DNA from: an uncultured Spirochaetota bacterium
GTDB taxonomy: Bacteria; Spirochaetota; UBA4802; UBA5550
NCBI GenBank assembly: GCA_963827275.1
Contig: CAWHAA010000011.1
Coordinates: 1 to 47,537, forward strand
Reading direction: 5' to 3'
DNA: 47,537 bases
Shown: in pieces, positions 27,144 to 36,377 of the stretch
Numbering within the stretch: position 1 is the stretch's first letter
Layout of the letters: every line of letters begins with the position of its first letter
Made by a program: the position numbers and the translations under genes
Notes under the pieces: generated by a model
Seen by the model: only the letters and a program-made list of their open reading frames with translations
What the model was told of the DNA's origin: nothing
Database searches by the model: none

Positions 27144-28577
27144 TCACTCTGCCGTTCCAGGCTCGAAATTTTTCCTGGCACGCGCGAATGACGGAAGATG
27201 CCTCAGGAGATACCAGAGGCTCTTCCGGTGCTGCCAGAGCCGCCTCCCGAATGTTCTTCTCCACTCACTGCCCGAATAAAACCGCTTCACGTGCTCGTTG
27301 TACAGGTGGTCGAGACGCTCACGGGACGATATCCCGCCGGGCACGAACACGAAGTTGAGGCAGTTCATCTGCTGCCAGTCGTTTTCCAGGGTCCCCTCGT
27401 TCTCAATACCGGCCCATATGGGAGCGCCGGGAAACGGGGTGAACTTCGCCATGTTCATGTCGTCGAGCCCCAGGGACATGACAAAATCACCGGTAGCGCG
27501 GATCGATTCCTCGGTCTCGCCCGGGAGCCCCATCATGAACAGGCCCTTCGCGCGCAGGCCGGCTTTCTTTATGCGCGCCACCGTTTCCCGCACCTCGTCA
27601 AGGGAAACGCCCGCCTTGTGCCGCTCGAGCATCCCCTGGTCCGCCGACTCGATACCCAGGGAGACCATCAGGCACCCGGCCTTCTTTAACTGGCTGAGAA
27701 GCCCCTCGTCCGCGTGGCCCACCCTGACCGCGCAGTTGAAATTCATTCCCAGGGGCTTTGTCTGGAGGAGATCGCAGAGTTCCTCGATGCGGCGGCGGTT
27801 CATGGTGAAGAGATCGTCATAGATGTTGACGTGACGGACCCCGAACCGCCGGCGAAGGTGCTTCATGTGATCGTAAATGTAGCCGGCGGAGTTGTAACGG
27901 AAGCCGCGCTTGAACACGGACCGGTCGCAGTACGAGCACTGGTAGGGACAGCCCCTGCTCGTGACCATGGTGGCGCCTGGCGTTTTAACATAGCTGAACA
28001 GCGGCAGGTTATAACCACCGGGGAACCCCGCGAGCTTTTCATAGGCCGGAAACGGAAGCGAGTCAAGATCGTCGATGTGCTGCCTGGGAGGGTTTGTGAC
28101 GACGCGGTCACCGTCCCGCCACACCAGCCCCTCGATCGCACCGGGTGCCCGTCCGCCTGCCAGCTCGGCAAGGGTTGCCTCGCCCTCGCCCATGCAGAGG
28201 TAATCGATGTCCGGGTATGATTCGAGGAGCGCGCCGCCCAGGGCCGATACATGGACCCCGCCAAATACTGTCAGGACCCCGGGCCGCTCTTTTTTTAACA
28301 TGCCCGCAAGGCGGTACCCGTCCAGGAACCCCGACGTGGTCGCGGAAAAACCCGCCAGGTCCGGCCCGTACGAGAGTATTTTCCTGATGTTTGCGGCAGG
28401 GTCCGGGTGCGCACGGGGCCCCAGGCAGTCATGGACAAAGACCTCATGTCCCTGCCGCTCGCAGTACGCGGCAATCGACAGGAGGCCGAGCGGGGCCATC
28501 CTGTTCGCCACGGCCGCGAGGTCCTTTGCTCCCCTGATCCAGTTGGAGCCGGCCGGATGTACGAGGACGATTCTCAT
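27144..28577 (-). CDS. cobalamin-binding radical SAM protein
   Basis: PLGLLSIAA, VFGGVH, GEGE, SRGCPYQCSYC, GIES and TPFPG; start placed at MRIVLVHP (28577). Confidence 0.88.
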   Translation of the reverse strand: MRIVLVHPAGSNWIRGAKDLAAVANRMAPLGLLSIAAYCERQGHEVFVHDCLGPRAHPDPAANIRKILSYGPDLAGFSATTSGFLDGYRLAGMLKKERPGVLTVFGGVHVSALGGALLESYPDIDYLCMGEGEATLAELAGGRAPGAIEGLVWRDGDRVVTNPPRQHIDDLDSLPFPAYEKLAGFPGGYNLPLFSYVKTPGATMVTSRGCPYQCSYCDRSVFKRGFRYNSAGYIYDHMKHLRRRFGVRHVNIYDDLFTMNRRRIEELCDLLQTKPLGMNFNCAVRVGHADEGLLSQLKKAGCLMVSLGIESADQGMLERHKAGVSLDEVRETVARIKKAGLRAKGLFMMGLPGETEESIRATGDFVMSLGLDDMNMAKFTPFPGAPIWAGIENEGTLENDWQQMNCLNFVFVPGGISSRERLDHLYNEHVKRFYSGSEWRRTFGRRLWQHRKSLWYLLRHLPSFARARKNFEPGTAE

Positions 28578-28650
28578 GCTTATAAGAATTGCCGGAGTGT
28601 CTGCGCTGTCAAGGAATATACAGGCCGCTGGGCGCCGGGCCCGACGGGCC

Positions 28651-29910
28651 CTATAAAATGTGGAACCCCACGCTGATCTCTCCGCCCGCCTCATGGTGCG
28701 TTGCGCGCTTTTTACCGTCGTAGTAGATCGGAAGGGCCCTGCCCAGCCTTATATTCGTGTACGCATAGATCACGTTCACGCCGAATGTGATCGGCACGTA
28801 CTTGTTGAGGGAGAAGTGCGGGCCGAAGCCGATCCGCACGGTGTAGCCGTTGAAATGCACGGTATTGAAACGGCTCGTGTTGGTCAGGTTCGCGATGCTG
28901 GCCGGCAGAAAGGGCGGCGTGCCGTAGGGGCCTGCCGCTCCCAGCATCTCCCATGCAAGGTAGCGGGCGCTCCGCAGGGCGGCAGCGCCCCTGGCGGTGC
29001 CGTTGAACACCTGGCCGCCAACCGCGTAAAAATTGAGAAGCAGGTTGAACGCATTGCTCCGCGGGCTGAAGACAAGGTTCATAACGGGACCGGCGGCCCA
29101 GTAGTGATAGCTCATCAGCTCGCCATGAAACAGCTCGTATTCGTCGTACGAATAATATGAGCTGTCATCATAGATGGTGCTCTCGGTCACCTCGTACCCG
29201 TACCTGCCCCGGATGCCGAATTTTATGCCGGTCAGGTCAAAGCTCCTTTTCTGGGTGAATTTAACCGCAGGCGGCATTAAATCAAGCTCTCCGCCGCCCG
29301 ATCCGAACGTGTTATACATCCGGTAATCCCGGGGAATGACATATGCTTTCAGGAGGTCGGCACGGTACGCGTCCAGCACCCTCTGCTCGCGCTCAAAAAG
29401 CCCCCCAGCGGAGCTGCCAAACGAGAAGAACCCCGCTATTCGGACCCAGGAATCGATAAAGCCGCCTGACTGTTTTTTCTCCTCGTACACCACCACTTCT
29501 TCTTTCTGTTCCCTGTCGCCGGGGACGTCCACTGCGGTGCCATCGCCATATTCAATCCGGTCGATTTCATTGCGCACCACGGTTTTCTGTTCGCCCGAAC
29601 CCTCCGGCGTATACAGGATAAGGTCTTTCGTCACCCTGATGACCGTGCAGCGCACGGCCGTTCCATCAGTGCGATGGAGCGTGTCCACCCTGAAATTAAC
29701 AATCGTTCCGTTATCGTATTTGATCTTTTCGACCGTTTTCTTATCGATGACATCAAAAACCCGCGCTCCTTCCGGATCGTATTCCACGCCGGTATCGGTT
29801 ATCTGGATAATGCCACCCTTGATGACGCCGCCGTCCAGGAGATAGATCTCGTCGGCAAAGAGCGAGGGGCCGACAAGAAGGATTGCAGCAATTATTAATA
29901 ATTGTTTCAT
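28651..29910 (-). CDS. exported protein with two N-terminal ~55-aa repeats and a probable C-terminal beta-barrel
   Basis: Signal peptide; repeats DEIYLLDG...KIKYDNG and DTLHRTDG...RIEYGDG; alternating beta-strand pattern ending GGEISVGFHIL; AAGGAG RBS. Confidence 0.65.
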   Translation of the reverse strand: MKQLLIIAAILLVGPSLFADEIYLLDGGVIKGGIIQITDTGVEYDPEGARVFDVIDKKTVEKIKYDNGTIVNFRVDTLHRTDGTAVRCTVIRVTKDLILYTPEGSGEQKTVVRNEIDRIEYGDGTAVDVPGDREQKEEVVVYEEKKQSGGFIDSWVRIAGFFSFGSSAGGLFEREQRVLDAYRADLLKAYVIPRDYRMYNTFGSGGGELDLMPPAVKFTQKRSFDLTGIKFGIRGRYGYEVTESTIYDDSSYYSYDEYELFHGELMSYHYWAAGPVMNLVFSPRSNAFNLLLNFYAVGGQVFNGTARGAAALRSARYLAWEMLGAAGPYGTPPFLPASIANLTNTSRFNTVHFNGYTVRIGFGPHFSLNKYVPITFGVNVIYAYTNIRLGRALPIYYDGKKRATHHEAGGEISVGFHIL

Positions 29911-30131
29911 ACCATAACTCCTTCGATTGAAAATGGGCTCTCATTGAGGATTTGTTCATACCTCGATAGACCGGACTGACCTGTTAATTCTTGCCGCGGA
30001 CCCGGTATCGGGAACAGATACCATCAATATACAATATATGACTGAGAGTGGTGTGAAAAAGTTCAACAATTTTCTGTAAAAAAACCGTCAGGATATGATC
30101 CTCAACAGGAAATACCCGGGCCCGGGAGTCC

Positions 30132-30857
30132 TCAATCCATCCCGAGCCTGGCTTTCAGCAGGGGGGCGTACTTTCTTCCAACCGTGAGCGAGCTTTCATC
30201 CTCGTCGTTTAAAAAAGCGAGATACTGGCCGCCGATTAAATATTCAATCCATGATATGTATCTCAAATTGACGATATGCTGCTTGTGGATCCTCGCGAAC
30301 ATTCCCTGGGGAAGCCTCATCTCAACGTCTTTAAGTAAGACAGGCGTTTCCCTGTCCCCGGCGACCGTGTGTATTACCGTATTTTTACCGTGGGACGTCA
30401 CGTAGATGATGTCCTGGTACTGGAGAATATGCAGCCTGCCTCCCTCCCGGACGGTAAATCCGCTTTCCGGCGCCTCGCGAGCGGCCGAGTCCCGGGTGGC
30501 CAGAAATTTTTCGATGGAGCGGTTGAACCTGTCTATCCCGAACGGCTTGAGGAGATAATCTACCGCGCCGAAATCGAACGCCCGGAGCGCGTAGCTCTCG
30601 TACGCGGTCGTGAAAATGACGGAAGGGGGCTTTTTCAGGCGCCCGAGCACTTCCAGGCCCGTTAGCTGCGGGAGCCGGATATCGAGAAGGACCAGGTCGA
30701 AATCCCGTTCCGTCATCTGCCTGAGCGCCTCCTCCCCGGTCCGCGCAAGGCCGGAAAGCTTGAGCTCGCAGCGGGTCAGCAGGTAATCCACGAGGAGCTC
30801 GCGAGCCGGCACCTCATCCTCGGCTATCAAAACCGAATAGATCTTTTCACTTTCCAT
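30132..30857 (-). CDS. LytR/AlgR (LytTR) family response regulator
   Basis: IAEDE, LLDI, IFTTAY and DYLLKP receiver motifs; FARIHKQHIVN LytTR motif; GGAGG RBS before ATG 30857. Confidence 0.92.
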   Translation of the reverse strand: MESEKIYSVLIAEDEVPARELLVDYLLTRCELKLSGLARTGEEALRQMTERDFDLVLLDIRLPQLTGLEVLGRLKKPPSVIFTTAYESYALRAFDFGAVDYLLKPFGIDRFNRSIEKFLATRDSAAREAPESGFTVREGGRLHILQYQDIIYVTSHGKNTVIHTVAGDRETPVLLKDVEMRLPQGMFARIHKQHIVNLRYISWIEYLIGGQYLAFLNDEDESSLTVGRKYAPLLKARLGMD

Positions 30858-33800
30858 GGGTGCCACCTCCCGGTAATCCGCCCTGCGCCGCCGCGACCGT
30901 TTCGCAGGGGAATGTAACGGTCACGGTTACCCCCCTGCCGCGGGCGCTCTCCAGGGCGATATCGGCCTCGCCAAAGCAGTGGTGAAGCCGCTTCCGTATG
31001 TTGCCGAGCGAGCGGGAAAACAGGTCGCTCGAATCGAGCCCCGCGCCGTTGTCCGCCACGGTAACGGTGACCCTTCCGCCGTCCGCCCCGGCAAAAACGC
31101 TCACCGAGCCCTGCCCCCCGCGTTTCTGCACGCCGTGTTTCAGCGCGTTCTCCACCAGCGGCTGTATGGTTAGCGGGGGTATAGAGATGCCGGTAAAATC
31201 GCCCTCCCGTTCCATGCTGACCGCAAGGGAATCGCGGAACCGCAGTTCCTCCAGCTCGAGATAGTTTTCCACGAACCGCCACTCCTCGTCAAACGGCACA
31301 ACGGTGAGGAAGGAGTGATCGATCAGGAAGCGGTAATTATCCGCAAGCATGATAACCGCCTGGTCCGCCAGCTCATGGTCCCTCCTGATGAGCGCGTGGA
31401 CCGTGTTGAGTGCGTTAAACAGAAAATGAGGGTTCATACGCTCCTGTAATAACTTGTATTTCGCCTCGTCGTGGTCGCGTACGGCCCGCTTCAATGAAAC
31501 AAGGGTCCGGACCCTGGCGAGCAGTTCCTCGCGATGGATCGGTTTGACCAGGTAATCGTTCGCACCGCTCTCGAAACCGGCGACCAGGCCCGCGATGCCG
31601 TACTGCGCGGTGAGAACGAGGACCGGCAGCTCGTGGAGCGAGAAGCGCTTCCGTATCTCGCGGCAGAGATCGTACCCTGAGATTCCCGGCATCATTATAT
31701 CAAGGAGCACCAGGTCAAAGGCGCCGCCGCCCAGCAGTCCGAGAGCCTCTGTCCCGCTTCCGGCCGCAACCGGGGAATAATCACCTGCCGCCAGATAATG
31801 GCCCATCACCTGGCGGTCCATGGCATCGTCATCGACCACCAGGATTCGACCGGCGGTGCCGGTCGCGGGCAGGGGCATGCCCCGCCCCGGCCCGGATCCC
31901 GCTCTCACGGCTGCCCGCATCACCGGATAGACCGGCAGGGACCGGGCCGTCTCTACCGCGGCCGGCTCGCTCCATTCACACAGCGGGAGCGTGAAGAAAA
32001 ACCGCGCGCCAGGGACAGCGGGCTCGACCCGTACCGTTCCGCCGTGGAGCTCGACGATCTGTCTCGCAACGGTCAGCCCGATACCCGAGCCGACCGCCGT
32101 CCGTCCCTCGCTGGCATACAGGGCCCCCGGCTCGCAGTCAGGCAGGATCTTCCTCCCCGAATCAGTTACGGAAATCTCCATCAGCCCCCCGGCGCCATCA
32201 CGGCCGGCCGCCACGCGTGACGATACCGTTACATGGCCCGAATCGGTGCGTGCAATGGCGTTCGCCACGATCGTATGAAGGACCTGCTGGATCCTGTCCT
32301 CGTCCGCGAGGACCTGCGGCCCGTCCGGCTCGATAATATTGAACAGCTCGATCTTCCGCGCGCCCGTGAGAGGTCGCGCGAGCGCCAGGACTATGTCCGC
32401 AACGGTCCTCATGTCAACAGCTCCCCTGCGCAGCACAAGATCATGGTTGCGGAGCCTTGAAGCATCCATGATGTCATTGACCAGACGCGCCAGCTTGCGT
32501 CCGCTGGCTGATATCAGCCCGAGATTGTAGCGCGCTTCCAGGCACATCAGGCCCTGCCGGCCGTCGATCATTGACTCGGCCAGCCCGATCATGCCATTGA
32601 GCGGTGTCCTTATCTCATGGGATATGGCAGCCAGGAACTCGTCTTTCAGGGCGCTGATCTCGGCAAGCCTCGAATGTTTACGGTCAAGTTCGGCAGAGAG
32701 CTTTTCAACCGCGTCGTATGCCCGTGAAAAGCGGACCGAGAGAAGAAAAGACTGGGAAAAAATGAAAAGGAACAGTCCGAACGGCACGAGGTAGCCGGTC
32801 TCCGCCATCAGGTTGCTCTGCAGAAAATCGTTGATCACGGTGATGAAAAGGATCACGAAACCGGCCAAGAAGGTGGCGGCCCCTTCCCTCTTCCGGACTA
32901 TTGCGAGTACCAGTGCCGCAAATCCGAACAGGCTCATGACGATCGAAAGGGCCTGGTATGCCTGCATGGTATGGGTATACAGCCGGGAGGGCAGGAGCAT
33001 GACCATGCAGCAGAAAAGAGCGCCGGCCGCCGCCACAACGCGAAGCACGCGGGGCGAAAACTCACCGGGAAACAGCGAACCCATAAAAAAAAAGAACAGG
33101 GGGACGGCGCCGTAAAACGAAAGGTATTCCGCGCAGATAATGGATTCCCACGACATGCGCGGGAAGAGCCTGATAAGATAGTAATCCCCGGTGGCGATGA
33201 TCCTCACGGCTATGAGCAGGCAGAAAAGCCCGAAAAACAGATAGGACCTCTCCTTATTCCGCATGATGAAAAGGACGATGTGATAAATCCCGATTATGAA
33301 AATCGATCCAAAGAGAAAAAAATCCCGGACGAGTCTTTTCTCCCGCATTTCCCTGATTACCGGCCCGGCGCCCATGATGATTTTTTCCCATGCGCCACCC
33401 TTCCGGTGATGAAAATTCGATACCTGGAGGACAACGACCAGCCGGTCCCCTCCAGGGGCAAATTCGTACACCTCCGGACGGTAACCGGGGCGGGCCGTCC
33501 GGATCGATTTACCCACGACGCCGCCCTGCCCTGTTGCGACTCCATCCAGGTATAGTTTGTAGGCGGAGCCAAGGTCCGGGATCATGACAGCCAGGCGCTT
33601 TGGCCCTGATACCGATAGTGTCTCCGGCAACATGACCGTCAGACGGTAGGTCGCGCAGCCTTCCCCGGCGAGCACCCGCCCCTGCTCTATCCGTCCGTTC
33701 CACAAGCCCGGCACATGCAGGTAACTGCGGCTCTGCTCATGCTCATCAAATCGTTCCGGCTCCAGGAGGGCGCCCCAGTGGAACTCCCAGGCCCCGCTGA

Positions 33801-33960
33801 GCTCCACAGGGCCGTCCCTGTTAAAATCCCACTCCCTGAGATCAAGCCGCCCCCGGACCGCTTCTTTACACTCTCGTCCTGGAAGGCCGCCGGAACAGGA
33901 CACGGTCATTATAACCGCTGACATTGCGAAAACTGCCCTGAACGCTGCTCCGCGTACCAT
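30847..33960 (-). CDS. hybrid sensor kinase: 7TM-DISM input, HisKA/HATPase, receiver, LytS-type kinase/HATPase
   Basis: GRLDLREWDF...LSGAWEFHW extracellular domain, seven TM-like segments, SHEIRTPL, LLDIMMP, MNPHFLFNALN and IQPLVENALKHG. Start codon uncertain (33960 to 34089). Confidence 0.88.
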   Translation of the reverse strand: MVRGAAFRAVFAMSAVIMTVSCSGGLPGRECKEAVRGRLDLREWDFNRDGPVELSGAWEFHWGALLEPERFDEHEQSRSYLHVPGLWNGRIEQGRVLAGEGCATYRLTVMLPETLSVSGPKRLAVMIPDLGSAYKLYLDGVATGQGGVVGKSIRTARPGYRPEVYEFAPGGDRLVVVLQVSNFHHRKGGAWEKIIMGAGPVIREMREKRLVRDFFLFGSIFIIGIYHIVLFIMRNKERSYLFFGLFCLLIAVRIIATGDYYLIRLFPRMSWESIICAEYLSFYGAVPLFFFFMGSLFPGEFSPRVLRVVAAAGALFCCMVMLLPSRLYTHTMQAYQALSIVMSLFGFAALVLAIVRKREGAATFLAGFVILFITVINDFLQSNLMAETGYLVPFGLFLFIFSQSFLLSVRFSRAYDAVEKLSAELDRKHSRLAEISALKDEFLAAISHEIRTPLNGMIGLAESMIDGRQGLMCLEARYNLGLISASGRKLARLVNDIMDASRLRNHDLVLRRGAVDMRTVADIVLALARPLTGARKIELFNIIEPDGPQVLADEDRIQQVLHTIVANAIARTDSGHVTVSSRVAAGRDGAGGLMEISVTDSGRKILPDCEPGALYASEGRTAVGSGIGLTVARQIVELHGGTVRVEPAVPGARFFFTLPLCEWSEPAAVETARSLPVYPVMRAAVRAGSGPGRGMPLPATGTAGRILVVDDDAMDRQVMGHYLAAGDYSPVAAGSGTEALGLLGGGAFDLVLLDIMMPGISGYDLCREIRKRFSLHELPVLVLTAQYGIAGLVAGFESGANDYLVKPIHREELLARVRTLVSLKRAVRDHDEAKYKLLQERMNPHFLFNALNTVHALIRRDHELADQAVIMLADNYRFLIDHSFLTVVPFDEEWRFVENYLELEELRFRDSLAVSMEREGDFTGISIPPLTIQPLVENALKHGVQKRGGQGSVSVFAGADGGRVTVTVADNGAGLDSSDLFSRSLGNIRKRLHHCFGEADIALESARGRGVTVTVTFPCETVAAAQGGLPGGGTHGK

Positions 33961-34226
33961 TGATTTTTTCACGTGTTCCTCACGACCGGCGATTAATGAC
34001 GCGATGAAGCCGGCATAAATTGAAGTAGCGCGCACCTCCCGTTCCATGACAAAATTTTTTAAAAATCCCGTAAATTCCAGTTTGGGCATTTTTTAAACAT
34101 ATGCCAGATAATTACTTGAAATAATACTCGCTACCGGTATTATCTCGTATTTATGTAACGCCATCGCTCCGCCGCCGGCCGCGGCCGGAACCGTCGGCAC
34201 TGAATCATTTATCAAAGGATGCTGCC

Positions 34227-36368
34227 TTGGTATACCTGGAAATAATACTCGCCGGATGCGCGGCACTGGTATCGCTGGTCATTTTTTTCTTCAATATTTT
34301 TAAAAAATCCCGCACCATCGCAAACCTGATGTTCTCAATCGTGAGCCTCGCTTCCGTGCCGTTGTTCGTCTCCATTGGACTCGATCTTGTAGAGCAAACC
34401 CTTATTTCCCGGGTTCTTACATTCAAAATCGAGACGGCCCTGTTGCTGCTTATATCGACCCTGATAACCGGGTTTCTTGTCCTGTATCCGTACATCAAGC
34501 CAAGACACTTGATCATCTCCCTGGCAGGGAGCCTTCCAGGTTACGTTTTGTGCATCGCAACCGTTGCAACAGATTACATCATGTCCGACGCCGGCGGAGG
34601 CGCCGGCCGGCCCGTATTCATGTCCGGATACCCGGTCTATCTCACCGCGCTGACGGCTTATTTCCTGATCGCCATCTCCCTAGTCGGATACCGGGCCTTT
34701 CAGCACGAGTACCGCGCGGTCAGGAACGACCTCTTTTACCTGTGCGCCGGCATGGGAGCGCTCGTCATCGCCCTCATGGCCCTCTCTGTATATACGCCCT
34801 ATTTCCAGGCCTATTACAGGCTCCGGAACATCGGGATACTGGTACCCCTGCCGCTTATGCTCATTATCATGAATTATGCCGCTACAAACGTTAAATCCAT
34901 TGACCTGAAAAAATTCTTTTCCACGGGAATGTACTGGCTGTTGACGTTCGCGCTGCTCTTCGTCCCCGTCATGCTTCTGCTGAAATTTAACACAAAAGAA
35001 TACCTGATCGAGCCGATCCACCCCGTGGGGATCGCCCTGGTCCTGTTCCTCTACCAGTTCCTGGTATTCAAATATCTTCGCCCCCGGATCGAGTACCAGT
35101 TTCAGCGGGAGGCCCGGCGCATGAACGAGCTTGTCGACGAACTGTTCGGAAGGCCCTTCGAAACCGGGGACAGACAGGAGAAGAAATGGGAGGAGATCGT
35201 TACCGCGCTTGTCGACGGGGTGGCCGAGGCCTTTGACATCTCCGGAGCCCAATTATACATCCTGAACATCCGCGAGAATAAGTTCACCAGGTTCCACGGC
35301 ACCGGCGGTGATACGATCGACGAAGAGATCCGCCCCGAAAGCCCCATTATGGCGACCCTGGGCCGGGAACAGGCCCTTCTCTATAAGCCGGTAGTCAACT
35401 ATGCCGTGGAATTCCGGGACTCCCGCGAAGCCGTCCTTGAATTTTTCGATCGAAACAGGATAGAAGCAATTCTCCCCTTCATCAATCCAGATAACCAGGT
35501 CATAGGGCTTCTGGCCCTCGGCCCGCTGAAGGGGATCCGGATATACACCAAGGGCCTCATCTCCTCTCTCGAGCTCTTCCGCATCCAGTTCCAGCAGTAC
35601 CTGGCAAACACCCTTTTGCTTGAAAAGGTCAGGGACACGCAGGTCCTGGACCATGACCGGATGGTGGTCAGCGCGATAAAGAAGAGGATCATTCCAGAGA
35701 GCATGGGCCAGATAAAAGGCTTCCGCGTGAGCTCGCTCTACATCGACAGCTCCCCCAACGGGGGCGATTATTTCGATTCCATCGTGACCGGCGGGGACAC
35801 AATCGTGTTGTTCATCTCGGATTCCTCGTACGCCGGGATCGATTCGGCCGTCATCTCCCTCGAGCTGTACACTGTGATGCACACGCCGGGCAAGATCTTC
35901 GGCTCGCCGGACCGTGTGCTGGGCACCATGAACTGGGTGATCTCCACGTCTCGCTTTTCAGACAGGCAGGCCTCGGCCTATTGCGCCCTGCTCTCCTCCT
36001 CCGGAGAGGTGGCGTTCTCAAGCGCGGCCTATAAACCGATGATCATCTACAACCCGGACAACGATTCGTTTATCCCCTTTGACACTGATGGTGCCCCGAT
36101 CGGCGCGGATCGCATGTCCCGTTATGAATCGAAAACAATACGCATGGCCCCGGGAAGCTACGGACTGCTCTATTCTGACGGCCTGGTATCTGCGACGAAC
36201 AGCGCGGGCGAGGAATACTCGCTGGAACGGGTCAAGCAGGCCGTCAGTCGGGTGCACGGGCGGGCTCCCGCCGACCTGACACGGGCCCTCTACGAGGACC
36301 TGCGCCGGTTCACCAGAGACCTGAAACAGGCGAGAGACGTCAGCCTGATAATTTTCAAGTACCAGTGA
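34227..36368 (+). CDS. membrane-bound SpoIIE/RsbU-type PP2C phosphatase with GAF-like domain
   Basis: Multiple N-terminal TM segments; GAF-like VIGLLALG region; GGDYFD and YSDGL motifs. Start approximate. Confidence 0.8.
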   Translation: MVYLEIILAGCAALVSLVIFFFNIFKKSRTIANLMFSIVSLASVPLFVSIGLDLVEQTLISRVLTFKIETALLLLISTLITGFLVLYPYIKPRHLIISLAGSLPGYVLCIATVATDYIMSDAGGGAGRPVFMSGYPVYLTALTAYFLIAISLVGYRAFQHEYRAVRNDLFYLCAGMGALVIALMALSVYTPYFQAYYRLRNIGILVPLPLMLIIMNYAATNVKSIDLKKFFSTGMYWLLTFALLFVPVMLLLKFNTKEYLIEPIHPVGIALVLFLYQFLVFKYLRPRIEYQFQREARRMNELVDELFGRPFETGDRQEKKWEEIVTALVDGVAEAFDISGAQLYILNIRENKFTRFHGTGGDTIDEEIRPESPIMATLGREQALLYKPVVNYAVEFRDSREAVLEFFDRNRIEAILPFINPDNQVIGLLALGPLKGIRIYTKGLISSLELFRIQFQQYLANTLLLEKVRDTQVLDHDRMVVSAIKKRIIPESMGQIKGFRVSSLYIDSSPNGGDYFDSIVTGGDTIVLFISDSSYAGIDSAVISLELYTVMHTPGKIFGSPDRVLGTMNWVISTSRFSDRQASAYCALLSSSGEVAFSSAAYKPMIIYNPDNDSFIPFDTDGAPIGADRMSRYESKTIRMAPGSYGLLYSDGLVSATNSAGEEYSLERVKQAVSRVHGRAPADLTRALYEDLRRFTRDLKQARDVSLIIFKYQ

Positions 36369-36377
36369 GGGCCCGCC

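Noticed and set aside
3031..28577. Calling the cluster a ladderane or aryl-polyene pigment pathway
   Set aside because: Gene content resembles both, but ladderane enzymology is unresolved, and the aryl-polyene glycosyltransferase and MMPL genes are not in the window. The product cannot be named.
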